Shown one piece after another: positions 1 through 12,430 of a stretch of 64,000 bases of DNA. Each line of letters opens with the position of its first letter. Positions within the stretch are counted from its first letter, which is position 1. Origin of the DNA: Selaginella moellendorffii (lineage: Eukaryota > Plantae > Lycopodiophyta); contig NW_003314289.1 of assembly GCF_000143415.4 (NCBI RefSeq), forward strand, positions 1,904,526 through 1,968,525. Reading direction: 5' to 3'. Position numbers and translations under genes: made by a program. The notes under the pieces were generated by a model. That model made no database searches and was not told where the DNA came from. It was given only the letters and a program-made list of their open reading frames with translations.

Positions 1-11
1 GGACAACACCG

Positions 12-1416
12 TTGAAGAATATTCCAAGCCTAGGTATATACCCTTCCTTTAAAACCTCCTTGGGCATTTTGCTTGTCCATACGAGGGTTTCCAGAGGCTT
101 TCGAGAGCGATCCGGGCCAGGAGAGGTGAGATTGGAGTTTCTTTCCGAAATATCGATCTCTTGGCGCTCATTTCATCGATTTATCCTCATAATCTCCACT
201 TCCCCTAGATTTTGCAGCATCCAACGTTCTTCCGGCGTTCTTCTTCCGGCCAGTTCCGCGATCCGGGCATGGAGAGGTGAGGAGGAGTTTTCTTTCAACG
301 ATCAATCTTTTTCCGCTCATGTAATCTCCACTTTCTATCGATTTTCCAGTGTTTCCGATGGTCTCCACGTTCTCCTTCCGGCCGACATCCGCAATTCTGG
401 TAAACGCAGGGCATCGCCGCTGCTCATGGACAAGTCACAGCCAGCGTGGGCTCCCTGGGTCGCTTTGGCGGTCGAGCACTGCAACAATGCCAATCCCACG
501 AAGTACAAGATCGTCAAGCGTGGCAAAGACATCGTCTTCTCTCAAAGAAAGGCAAATCCCAGGGACGTGGAGGTGGAGATCCTGTGTGCCGATGACTTCC
601 ACAACCTCCGGACGCGCTGCAGCTTCCCTCAAGATCCGGAATTCGCCAACTCCCTCGCTACTGCGCGGCACTGCTCCATGCCTTCGGGAAAAAGCCCTGC
701 GCTGTGGAGTAGAACACAAAGTGACGGAGATTTCGTAATCAAAGAGGTAGATGCGGAGCTCCTAGCCAGCTTCGAGCGGATAAGCGACAGGTACTTTGAG
801 TATGTTGATATTCTTTGTGAGGAGAGGCTGCGCACTATGCTTGTGCTCGTCATAGCTGCGTTCAAGGTACTTTACGAGTAGTTTTACGTATGAGTAGTTT
901 TACCGCTTCCAAACCTGTTTCTCTTTACAGGTGCGAATGCCGGGAGGAGCGGAGCACATCCTTCTAGTGATGGAGGCATTGTCTAGCACTGCAACACTCT
1001 ACCGTGAGTATGATCTCAAGGGACTGCAAGAGCCAGCCGGTGGCATCTCAGATGGGACGTTGCAAGTCCCATTGACACTCCAGGCTAAAGATCACGAGAC
1101 GTTTTTCGAAATACTTGCGCGTGACACGTTCTTCCTTCAGGTAAACGCAGCTAAACCCGAAATCTCAAAGCTTTTTTTCTTGTTCCAGGAGGCTGAAGTT
1201 TTCGATTACTCGCTTATGGTTTACCATGTCCCGGGGAGGAACGAGCTTGTCGTGGGGATCATTGACTACTTGCGCTATTTCACGCCTGTCAAGCACGCCT
1301 TCGTCGCCCTGTTGAAGACTCTGGATGGGAAGCCTCGCAGCGCACTTCATCCCAAGCAGTACCGAAAGAGAATGCTCGAAGCATTTGCAAAGTACTTCCC
1401 ATGTGCTTCTAGGTAG
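12..1416 (+). CDS. FAB1/PIKfyve-like phosphatidylinositol phosphate kinase catalytic domain (divergent; 5' end uncertain)
   Basis: PIPK motifs in order: SGKS...DFVIKEV, YDLKG, DTFFL, FDYSL, ELVVGIIDYLR, Y-R-K-R-M. GT-AG introns at 867-930 and 1141-1188 join the two track ORFs. Confidence 0.75.
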
Positions 1417-1437
1417 TTGATCTTAGTCCTAAAGCTT

Positions 1438-2554
1438 TTACAGCTTACTTGTTCCAGCGTTCACAAGCTCAAAATCCTGTTCCGCCGATCGAGTGAGTAG
1501 GACAGTCTTGAGCTGAGCGTTGGGAAGCCTAAGAAAAGATTGAAAACACAGATATTTTAGCATGACCAACAAAGAGCTACGTACACAAGGTTGGAGCGCT
1601 TGAGCATGTTCCGCATAAAACTGCTATGAGAAACCACCGCGATCTCCTCCTCTTTACGCTCCCACAGCCTGATGGAGAGACAATGTAAGAAGGATGGTAT
1701 GATCAGCTGTGAGGCACATACCACTGCAGGAACTGTCTGATCCGCTGCTGCATCGCTGCCAGGGATTCGGCTGTCTCGGCATTCCACAGCACGTCACTTT
1801 CTTCTTCGATCTACAAATGGTTTCGCATCAGTTTCGAATTAGAGGTCTCGGGACAGGAACAACAAGCCTGTGAGAAGTCGACGGATGGAAAGTGTGCCTT
1901 GTAGCTGCTGATGGACCGTCTCCTGTCAGAAGTTCGTGCGCTCTAAACGCATCATGCATGATCAGCTTGTTGCAAAACAATAGAACAACGACTTACAATG
2001 CGCTCTCGGCATAGCTCCACAGCAACCAAAGGCAGGCTGGAATCACTTCCATAGTCGGCACCACGGAAAACTCCTGTAGCTGTTTGCAACGTCCTAACGA
2101 AAACGAAAGCATCTAAAGACTTGAAGAACTAGAATAGTTCACCTCGTCATGGGTGAAACTGTCACGAGCTGGATACGGCGATCAAGGCCAGCTTCTCGGA
2201 CGATCTTGCGGAGTGTAGCCACCTGATTTTTTTGTCAAAGGTAATTAGCAGAAGAAGATCCAAAAACCACAACACAGCGCAAAGAAGAAAAGCTCAAGGA
2301 AGTACCTGTTCCCATCCAGCAGGAGTGAGGACGGCATCGAAGCGATCATCGTCGTCGAAGGATTTCTTGGAGGATTTTGTGCTGCAAAGGAAAGATGTTA
2401 CAAACCATGTGATAAACAAAGGTCGCAGCACGCGGAGAAGAAGGCCGGGTGTTAGGCGACGCCATTCGCCGCGGAAGAAGAGGCGATGGAGGCTGACATC
2501 TCCATCCACGTTATGATAGGCCTGAGCGTGCCTCATCAAATGCAACACCTTCAT
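1438..2554 (-). CDS. Phosphoglycerate mutase-like (histidine phosphatase superfamily) protein, multi-exon
   Basis: N-terminal LHLMRHAQAYHNV (RHG-type motif), DAVLTPAGWEQV, PLVAVELCRERI, LWERKEEEIAVVSHSSF; last exon LPNAQLKTVLL...SKL* with TAA at 1440-1438. Confidence 0.85.
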
Positions 2555-2654
2555 GCTCCTCCCAAAACCCTTGCCCTAGTTATTTTAAAATTATGCCGAG
2601 TATATGATCTCTTTTAAAAACAGAATATACTACTCAAGTCGCGAATTTAGCTTT

Positions 2655-2950
2655 CCTTGGCATTGCAAGGAAAGCGAAGAGACCAATCACACGGGCGCCA
2701 ATGGCCACAGGACCATAGTTAGCACTGGAGGAGCTATTTTGTACGCGAGACGAACAAAGATTTTAGTTTCTCGTCTGTCCTCTGCATAAAACTTGACGGA
2801 ATGCATCGTTGCGCTTGACAAAATCAATCTCAAGAACATCCGGGTGAGATTCAAACAGTAACTGGAAAGCGGCAAAGGTACCTCCCTTCTGGTTTGCCGC
2901 CTCCACGGCTATGTATGGTTGCCATTTCTCAAGACCACTTCCCTCGAGGA
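2655..2950 (-). pseudogene. Deletion-riddled duplicate of the NOMO 3' region (parent about 7245-7660)
   Basis: Colinear blocks shared with the parent, e.g. gcataaaacttgacgga, ctggaaagcggcaaaggtacctccctt, ggttgccatttctcaaga. Confidence 0.85.
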
Positions 2951-3055
2951 AAAACCACGAAGTCGATTGATCCTCACTCTGTCCTTGTACATTTGGATGT
3001 GGAACGGATCAGTTCATCGACTGCAGATGATAAAGACCTTGAGCTTTTCTCAAAT

Positions 3056-3143
3056 TGAGATGAATAAATATCATGCAAGAAAAACCTCCATCTGGATTGA
3101 ATCCAGATGGAGGTTTTTCTTGCGATGATATTTATTCATCTCA
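3056..3143. repeat. Near-perfect 88-nt palindrome (43-bp arms, 1-nt centre, one bulged G)
   Basis: tgagatgaataaatatcatgcaagaaaaacctccatctggatt-g-aatccagatggaggtttttcttgc(g)atgatatttattcatctca. Confidence 0.92.
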
Positions 3144-4180
3144 TCAACTTTGGACGCTGGGGCGGTCTCGTCTAAAGGAGCTAGTTATCGAAGACTACTG
3201 GAAGAAAGTTCACCTAAGACGAGGATACAAGCTACTCTAGACACCTTACGTTCCCAAGGCTGAGCTGTGGAAGACCAGCGGGCATTTGGATCTTTACAAG
3301 GAGAACAGGCCAAGTCGACGGTGATCACGTCTCCTGGCTTCCTCCTTTTGCGTTTGATCTCCGTCTGCCAAGCAATTCCATAATGATGCGATCCTAAGAA
3401 AAACTTACCATCTCCATCTTTATCTTCTTCAAATCTTTGTCTGACAGTGGTTCTTTGAGATCGAAGTCGTTCTCGATCCATGGCCCAATTGTAACTTTAG
3501 CGTCTGGATAGAGTGTCTGGACCGCCATAACCATTCCGTGAGCTCACTGAGCAAGTCAAGAACACAAGCTCAAGGCTTGAGAAAACTTCCAAAAAGATCT
3601 TACACTACAGTTCCTCGTATGACTCATTGAATTTTGTGCGGTGATGCGATGCGGCGATATTTCCGTCTCGGATTCTGCTGCTACAGACGACACAAACGCC
3701 CGATGACGGGCGCAAGGCGCGACATAGAGATTCGTTTAAAACATGGTAGCCTAAATTCTCGAGTATATACTTCCTTTAAAGATCCATCAATATTGCACGA
3801 GAATGCGTTTGATCACACAGATGCCAATTAGCACGGGAAATTAAATCCTGCATAGTTTGTCTGATCGTTGAGCTTGGCAAAATCAACCTCGAGAACATTG
3901 GGGATCCTCTCAGAGAGATGCTCTAAGTGCTAGGGCTGGGGTGCCTCTTCCATCCTCGCCATTCTCGCTTTCTCTGCTGGCATTTTATACCATGGTCCTG
4001 AAGATCTTCACTTGATCCCGCAAGGTCTTCACTGCTTTCCGCATTTCCGTAGGGATCTCCTTCCACCCTGAATCTGATCTCTGACCACGTCATTTTCGCC
4101 CACAACCAACACAGCATGCTAAAAACCCGAAAATTGTGTAGAACATTCCGGCATATTTGCTCTCAGGGCGAATTTCATCG

Positions 4181-5279
4181 TCACTTGGGATGACATGTGG
4201 ATTGTAAGAGTTCCACGAGTGTCATGAGCGATGGGTGATCAAGCATTCCCTTGCCTGATTCATATGTGCGCCCGCCCACTCCACCCCAACGCTTTGTGTC
4301 CAGGTCGTAAACGAACACTTTTCCTTCCGAAAAGATGACGAGATTGTCCTCTGCATGAATATAACAACGACAAAAATTTCGAGACTGCCCAGGATACACT
4401 TGATCGAGCAGGGCTTTACAGAGCACTGCTGAGACTATAACCAAACCGCCATTGTCATCAACCTTCCACACACCATAGCCATCAGCTCTGCAGTACCCTA
4501 CCTTGTAGTAGTCTCCCTCATGCACATAAATCCAGGCGCTTGCAAAGTAGCGCTGGCCATTGTACTCCCACAGCATTGTCGTGCACCAACCGGGACGTGG
4601 CAATACGCAGCGCAGAAACTCTCCACTTTGTTCAACCCCTTCCAGGCCCGTTGTAATCCTCAGGCTGCGCACGACTTCCCCTGTGATCCACTTGGTGCGG
4701 CGAAAGTCATACAATCCCAGGATACTAAGGTCGTAGAAGTCTGGGAATACAGACCGATCATCAAACCAGTGACGCTCCTCCCTCTGTGAGAACGGGAGGT
4801 TGGGGAGAGAAGACCAGACGTGTGTTGCCCAGTCGTAGATGTAGCACCAGTGGCCTGAGTCGATGGAGCGTTGGTAGTTCGCTCCACTCTTGGGTCACTG
4901 GATTGCCCACCACCAGGGTAAACACATGCAGATGGACGAAGAAATGATCCATGACGATGCATACCAGGCCACCTGCGGAAGCAACGACTTTCTCGGTCAG
5001 TGGAGGCAATGCAAACTCCACACTGTGGTTAGACCGTGATGGATCCCAGGCGAAAAAGTGTTCGTCGTCGCTGACAGAGGTATTTATAACCCACAATGAT
5101 TCTTGCTCGCCACTGTTTTGACACCACTTGTGGCGAAAGGATGGATTGTTGATGATGGACTTCCATGACTTGCAGACTGTGGAGCACCGACGCAGTGTGG
5201 TCAGTTCCACAAAGCTGAGAACTAGCTCCACAATGTCGTCTTGCATCCACAAAGGCGTTTCTTCCATCTGCGTCATCAT
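4181..5279 (-). pseudogene. F-box protein, tandem copy 1, frameshifted
   Basis: F-box motif DDIVELVLSFVELTTLRRCSTVCKSW; highly similar to 5728-7020 but lacks the 86 bp equivalent to 6521-6606 (frameshift) and has further indels. Confidence 0.8.
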
Positions 5280-5358
5280 AAGTTTGATGCTACATAGTGG
5301 AATTGGCTTACTCGAGACAAGGAGTTGTATATTATAATTGCTGCTGTGAAGGAATGAC
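5280..5358 (+). mobile_element. Ty3/gypsy RNase H fragment abutting the F-box copy 1 start codon
   Basis: Reads TRDKELYIIIAAVKE*; clear nucleotide homology to 28293-28371. Confidence 0.7.
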
Positions 5359-5480
5359 CTTAAAAAGGATTTTGCAATTTCCCTTTTATATGTTATAGAG
5401 CAGACCTTCCAGGTAAAGGTCCAACAAATGGTAAATGCAAAGAATATGTTTTCTCCGTTCAAAATTTTCCAGGATTAAGA

Positions 5481-5622
5481 GCAAACTTGAATCTCCCTTC
5501 GACGTCAGATGTAACATGGCAGAGCCATATCCTTAACGTCACCGGAGTGCAAGAAAACTTAGAATTCCCTGCCAGTACGAGCTCAGCAGAACGAACAACA
5601 TGTACCTTAGACATCACACGAC
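5481..5622 (-). pseudogene. Fragmented duplicate of internal NOMO sequence (parent about 10793-11006)
   Basis: Shared blocks gcaaacttgaatctcccttcgacgtc, ccatatccttaacgtcac, gaattccctgccagtacga, catgtaccttagacatcacacgac, with intervening deletions. Confidence 0.85.
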
Positions 5623-5727
5623 GAAGATTTTCACTTGATCAGGAGAAGCCGTCTTCTCCTGATTGCAATGCTCTCCACATTTGTCTATAAAGATCTGGCT
5701 CCACCCTGAATCTGATCTCTGACCACG

Positions 5728-7020
5728 TCATTTTCGTTTGTACTTGGCGCGACTACCAACACAGCATGCCAAAAACCCGAAAATTCTATAGACCCATGTT
5801 CTCTCAGGGCGAATTTCAGTGTCACTTGGGATGACATGTGGAATAAAAGATTGCTCCACGAGTGTCGTGAGCGATGGGCGATAAAGCAGTCCCTTGCCTG
5901 ATTCATATGTGCGCCCGCCCACTCCACCCCAACGCTCTGTGTCCAGGTCGTAAGCAAACACTTTCCCTTCTGAAAAGATGACGAGATTGTCCTCTGCGTG
6001 GATATAACAATGAGAAAAATTTCGAGACTGCCCAGGATACACTTGATTGAACAGGGCTTTACAGTGCACTGCCGAGACTGTAACCAAGCCACCGTTGTCA
6101 TCAACCTTCCATATGCCATAGCCATCAGCTCCACAGCACCGTAGTTCGTGGTGGCCTCCCGCATACACCCAGGCGCTTGCAAAGTAGTGCTGGCCATTGT
6201 ACTCCCACAGCCTTGTCACGCACGAACGGGGGCGCGGCAAAACGCAGCGCAGGATCTCTCCACCACTGTCTTCCAGGCCCGTTGTAATCCTCAGGCTGCG
6301 GACGACTTCCCCTGTGATCCACTTGGTGCGGCGAAAGTCATACAAGCCCAGGATACTGAGGTCGTAGAAATTGTCGTCCATGTCTGGGAATACAGCCCGA
6401 GGTTCAAACTGACGCCGCAGCTCCCTCCCCTTGAGGTAGGCTGGCGAGAACGGGAGGTTGGAAAGAGAAGACCAGGCGCGTGTTGTCGAGTTGTAGATGC
6501 AGCACCAGTGGCCCGAGTCGTAGGTGGTGAAGTGCACGCCAACTTTGAAACAATGTTTATCGACAAACATGGCAAAGTCGTCCTCCGCAAAAACAATTTC
6601 CTCTCTATGGAGCGGTGGTAGTTCGCTCCACTCTTGGGTCACTGGGTTGCCCACCACCAGGTTAAGCACACCCAGATGTTGCTCGGGGGGATCGCTCACG
6701 ATGCATATCAGGCCACCTGCGGACGCAACGACTTCTTCGGTCAGTGGAGGCAATGCAAACTCCACACTGTGGTTCGGACGTGATGGATCCCAGGCGAAAA
6801 AGTGGTCGCTGTTGGTGACAGAGGTATTCATAACCCACAATGATTCTTGGTCGCCACCGTTTTGGCACCAACGGCGGCGAAAGGATGGATTGCTGATGAT
6901 GGACTTCCATGACTTGCAAACGGCAGAGCACCGACGCAGTGTGGCCAGCTCCACAAAGCTGAGAACCAGCTCCACAATGTCATCTTGCACCCACACAGGC
7001 GCTTCTTCTCTCTGCGTCAT
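5728..7020 (-). CDS. F-box protein, intronless, tandem copy 2 (in-frame upstream ATG at 7089)
   Basis: 453-aa open frame; N-terminal F-box, then VVASAGGLICI and LVVGNPVTQEWSELPPL typical of plant F-box/FBA-kelch-like proteins. Confidence 0.85.
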   Translation of the reverse strand: MTQREEAPVWVQDDIVELVLSFVELATLRRCSAVCKSWKSIISNPSFRRRWCQNGGDQESLWVMNTSVTNSDHFFAWDPSRPNHSVEFALPPLTEEVVASAGGLICIVSDPPEQHLGVLNLVVGNPVTQEWSELPPLHREEIVFAEDDFAMFVDKHCFKVGVHFTTYDSGHWCCIYNSTTRAWSSLSNLPFSPAYLKGRELRRQFEPRAVFPDMDDNFYDLSILGLYDFRRTKWITGEVVRSLRITTGLEDSGGEILRCVLPRPRSCVTRLWEYNGQHYFASAWVYAGGHHELRCCGADGYGIWKVDDNGGLVTVSAVHCKALFNQVYPGQSRNFSHCYIHAEDNLVIFSEGKVFAYDLDTERWGGVGGRTYESGKGLLYRPSLTTLVEQSFIPHVIPSDTEIRPERTWVYRIFGFLACCVGSRAKYKRK

Positions 7021-7119
7021 CAAAGGCAATCTAGCACACAAAAGGATTTCTCTAGACCTGCCACCTTTTTTAAGAATACCTCCGAGCATATTCTGTTTTT
7101 AAAAATTCCAGTTAGCGTT

Positions 7120-10100
7120 TTAGTTTCTTTTTCTTTGGCTTGTTCGTCGCAAGTCTTTGGCGACAAGTCGTTGGTATCCATCTTTCAGGCTGTAGAAACA
7201 CGAATGGAAATCACTGGAACAATGTGTTTGATCGGCTTCGCTTACCTTGGCATTGCAGTGAAGAGACCAACCACACAGACGCCAATGAGCACGGGAAGTA
7301 CTGGAGGAGCATTTAAATCCTGGACCGCAATCACACTTGTCACGAGAGAGACGAAAATGTTTAGTTTCCCGTCTCACCTGCTTGTGATGGTATTCCTCCG
7401 CATAAAACTTGACGGAGTTTAAGAATATATCGTTGCGCTTGGCAAAATCAACCTCGAGAACATCCGAGTGAAACTTGTGCGTCTGCACGACCATCTTGGA
7501 AACAAGCCGCAACCTGTACTGTCCCCTCGGAAGACCTTGAATCTCAAAGAAGCTGGAAAGCGGCAAAGGTACCTCCCTTTCAATCTTCGCTGGTTCTGAG
7601 ATGCTGGCCACCTCCACGGATATGTGCGGTTGCCATTTCTCAAGATCACTTCCCTCGACGAGGCCAGAGAGCACAGTCGCCAAGCTGTGCTCAAAAGCCA
7701 CGAAGTTGATTGAGCTGGTGTCCTTGGTGGAGATCTAAGGAGCAGACAATGGAGCTTACTTTTGGAAGAATCTCACGAAAAGGTTTTCGTACCTCTACTG
7801 GATAAACGCTTGGAGACGCACGTTCAAGTCTGGGAGGACCGTCTACTTCCTCTTTCACGACCACCTTGACGTTATACGTTGTATTGGGCACAAGTCCTCT
7901 TAGTCGGTATTTTCCATCAGCATCGGTTGCGGTTTCTTCATAATAAAGACCAGAGACAGAACGTGCCTCCACAGTGACGCCTTCTTCTGGTTTCCCAGTT
8001 AGGGAGGAGACTCTTCCATAAATGCTACAGAGCAGAAGCAAAATCGTCACCGAAGGAGTTCACATGAAAAGTTCGACATCAATTAACCTGTAAGCAGTTC
8101 TCCGGGCAATAAAGGTTGTCTCTAAAGTTGCACCAGACAAGAGTTCCAAGGCTTGAGCAGGCGGACTAAAACTATACTCCTGTAAAGATGTAAAGATTCA
8201 TTCACGAGATAGCACCAGAAGGACGAGTACCTTAAGCAGAGGTCGCAGGTAAAAACTGCCAGGAAACATGCCGTCGAAAGCGAACTTGCCTCCCGGCGGC
8301 GCGACAGCGTTCTTCCTGTATCCATCGTCTCCGCTCAGCGAAAGAAGAACGGACGGAAGAATCTCCTCGGCGCCGTCCCCAGCAATGATGTTTACGAGGA
8401 TCTGAGCAAGCTTCTGACAATGAAAAGAGTTCTTTCCAAAGGGCTTGAAATGGTATCCTTGCTGAGAGAGACACATATCAATAATCACAGGCTCTGAAAT
8501 AATCCAGGACGAACCTTGTCCGCATGAACCATGTACTGGGTGTCGTCATAAAGAGGACCAGCTGCGAAAACGCCATCGTCTCCTGTTAGTACTTTCATAG
8601 CCACTTCTCCTGCTTTTAAACGGCCGATTTTGCTTTCTTTTTCTGCAGTTATCACAATGTTCACTGCCTCCAGTGCAGGAACAATGCTCCCGGTTACGTA
8701 CACAGCCGGTCGTCCAGCAAAACTAGGTACTTGCGGTTGACAGCCATCCACAGCCACAGTGGCCTGATTATACAAATTGAAAGCTTACGATCAACACAAC
8801 TGAAAATAAAATGTGGCTTACGTTTTGCTCTCGAGGATAGAATAGAAGAATTTGCTCCGATTGATTTTGGTCTCTGTTTCATACACAGCAATATTAGCAA
8901 TCGAAGTTTGGAAGACGCATACCTGGCATATCGTGGGACGAAACTAAGAGCATCCCCGAGACGGGCCCAATAGACATACTCATAGACTGCAATGGGACTT
9001 GTTTCGTTGGCTTCAGAGAAAAGGTGAGCGTGGATATTGGCAATAGGCTTCCCGTCTTTAGCGTTCCAAACCTCGACCAGCAACTTCTGTTCCAGTTTGT
9101 TTGCTCCAGGATATAAGGGAGAGTATACGTCAATGTGTCCGCTTAAAAGATATTTCTCGGCAACCAAATTGATACGCTGCAAGACAGAGATGAAACTCAA
9201 AGCCTTAGACACTCCCAACTGCGCGACATACCCTTGGATTGGATGTGTCAAATGAGAAAATGGGAGCACCAAAAGAAACACAAGCCCAGAGAAAGTGCAA
9301 TTCGTGTATTCCAGGACTTTCTACGCATACTTTCTGCCACCCGCTCTGCAAGAAACAAGAAGATGATCACAAAGACAATAAAAAAGGCACCGACCGTGAT
9401 TTCCAAGGGAACCGGGTCTTTGTTGTCGTGAACAATAAACGCTTTGGTTGGATGAGTAGCCTTGATGCGAAGCCAGTATCCTTTTTGAACAAATACGATG
9501 TCTTCGATATCGCTAGAAGTGACATCCACACTGACTACCTTTTGTTCCCAGCACCATTCATCGTCTCCAAGTCCTCCTTCTTTGGTCACCTGGAAAAGAA
9601 AATTACGCATGCTTCAGACCATGTTAACCCGGCATTACTTACTTCGAGCTTATATTGTCCCGGAAGAACATTCTCAAATTTGAAATGGTTCTGGGTATCA
9701 GTCAGTTGATATACTATTTTGTCGCCTCCCTGAGTATCGACGAGCACAATGGATATCCCAGGGCTGCATTGGGATTTGCACATCACGTGTCCAGAGATAC
9801 TGACTTGAGCCTAAACATTGCCTTTAGAGTTTCTGCGAAACAAAGGAAAGCCTATACCTGTAAGAAGACAATATCAACTACTGGCGCAGCAACGACAACA
9901 TCCAAGTGCTGTGGAGAAAATAATAGTCCTGTTTTCTGCTCAGCAGCGGTAGCAATGGGCGAAAGACGATATTCACCAGGCGGGACCTGTGGAGAACAAA
10001 ATAGTCAGCCATCCATGCTGGACAACACGAACCTCAAAGCAGAAGTTCCCATCTTCATCAACACGCTTGGTCTGAGGCTTCACGTCAGAGGGTCCATGAG

Positions 10101-12056
10101 TCAGAGCGACTTGCCGCTGCAAATACCACCGTCAAGATCAAAAAGTAAGAATCAAACTAATCTCACTCTTCCGTATTGGCCAGCAACACGAACTGAGCCG
10201 CAAAGTTGATACTGTGATGCCTGAATACTGGGAATCGACGCCATGTTGGGTAAAACCTGCCCGTCAAAAGAAGGAAAAACAATCAGTTGTCTTGAGAACT
10301 CAAATGTGTACCATAAAATCCTTCAGTGACGTAAACTGGTAGTGCTCTTTTGCGGCTGTGATGTTGTACCTAGTTGAAGTTACCTGTTTGGATGACAAGA
10401 GAAGTCATAAGACTTCAAAAATTATTCAATCATACTTGATCAAGCTTGTAGAAACCATTTGCATCAGTAATAGCCCGCTCCACGCTGTCAATATATATTT
10501 TGACTTTTGCGATGCCATGCCCATTGCTGTCAATAACTCGTCCGCCAACAGAAAATCCCGTAACCTGTAAGTTTCAGCGAGGTGAGAAATTCTGGTTGCT
10601 CTGTCTAGTACCTGGAAACCTTCTTCAACGAAAATTGACTGATGAGCGACTGATATATCAAGAGCAGCAGGAGAAACACCAAAGATTGTGTTTTCTCCCT
10701 TGTAGAAAGGCACAAGATTGTACGAGCCTGTTCCATGTTTTCTAGAATTAACTTGTCAAACGTGCAAGCTTGGCATACCACAAGGAACGTGCGCAAACTT
10801 GAATCTCCCTTCGACGTCGGATGTAGCATGGCAAAGCGCTTGCTCAGACAACGGAGATTTACCAGGCCCTTGAGGACATTCCATATCCTTAACGTCACTA
10901 GAGTGCAAGAAAACTTGCACACCCAAAACCGGAATTCCCTGCCAGTACGAGATCAGCAGAACGAACAGTGACCAAGGCATTATCATGTACCTTAGACATC
11001 ACACGACCTTCAACGTCGTAGCCAGGGATCATAAAAATATTGTCCACCTCTCCCATGCCCCATCGTAGTTGAACCTGACGAAGTTGAAGGAAAACAATAA
11101 CGCATGACAGCTGATCGAAATGAGCTTACTTCGTTTGATCCAATCACGTTGATATCAAGACGGGGATGGTGTGCTTCTATTCTGTAAGTGCCTGTAACAC
11201 AAAAACGTTTTTGAAACGGAAACAGAGGCTGGATCATACCTATCAAAAGGTTGTTAAACTCGTAGGCACCACCGATTCCTGTCGTCACCGAGTGATTGCT
11301 GGGAGAATCACCAGGTCCAATCACAGACACTGTTACTCCAGCAGGACCAGCCCCATTTTCCTTACAGCTTGGACCGCCAGCTCCCACAACTTTACCAGCA
11401 AGCGTGAAGCTAGAAAACAGGGTTTAAGAAGAATATGATTTGTGAAGTATAGCTACCCAGTATAGTGGAAATTTATGTCCGCATTTCCGTTGCAACCATG
11501 CTGATCAACAAGAACTGGCACCTGAGCACAAAAACGCGATCCTGAGTTATGAAGAAAAGGAAAAAAAAATACGGGAGAGAAAACCTGTGAGGGAGTAAAT
11601 GACCATCCAGTAGGGCCTTGAACCTTAAGAAGGTACGAGCCCTGCGAAAGAACGCTGATCAATCAATCCCTTTTTTGCTTCTGGTGTGGATGTACCTTCT
11701 CGTAGATTGGAAGGAAGTAGTAGCCATTTGGAGCACACTGAGTCTGATCTTTGACGAGTCCTTCTAGTGTGTGAAGCTTAAGCTGCATTGGATTGGAAGC
11801 TCTGTCACGAATTTGGAAGCAAAGGAAGCTTGCGTGCTCACGGTTATGTGCGAGTAGTCGAGCTTGGGATCTGACGCTTTGCGCAATCTTGCCAATGCGG
11901 GACTTGCCTGTAGGTAGATCGTGAATGGAGATCACAGAGAAATGCGCGACATACCTCGACGAATCCACCACAGCCGACAATGTCGTCGGTAGCAGCTGCC
12001 AGATGGATGAGCGCAGGCACGAGCAGGAGGAGCGCCTCGATCGCGACGAGCGCCAT
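7120..12056 (-). CDS. NOMO1: Nodal modulator (NOMO)-like ER membrane protein, many short exons
   Basis: Signal peptide then DDIVGCGGFVE, TQCAPNGYYFLPIYEK, GNADINFHYTGF, PSVLLSLSGDDGYRKN, GKYRLRGLVPNTTY; C-terminal TM segment PVLPVLIGVCVVGLF and basic tail. Confidence 0.9.
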
Positions 12057-12169
12057 CGCCCGGAGTTTAGGGCTCAAGAAGGGCTTTTAGCCGCTTATTA
12101 AGATTCCACCATTTAGTATTTAATTCATGCTACGGGAGAGTAAAGAACAAGGGAGCTGCATTTCTGGGA

Positions 12170-12430
12170 ATGGGAATGTTGGTGCTTTTAACTTGCACCA
12201 CAACAGTGATGGTGATTTCAAATTTCTCTCTGGTCATGCTCGAACAGTGGAGATTTTCTAGCAACATGCAAGGGGGCTTTATATCACCAGCATGAAGAAA
12301 ATGGACCAAATTACCCTCACAGCAAAGACGTATTTAGGCCGAGCTTTCTCACGCTCTAATATATTATATCTGTAGGTATCAAGAGGTTAAAGATCAACAC
12401 CTGTATCGCCAACAAATTTGGTGCCTAATT
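12170..12430 (+). pseudogene. Degenerate copy of a cyanovirin-N-like small secreted protein family
   Basis: Nucleotide homology to 44740-45060 and 43345-43630 (caccacaacagtgatggtgatt, acatgcaagggg, atggacca); encodes IKRLKINTCIANKFG. Confidence 0.5.
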
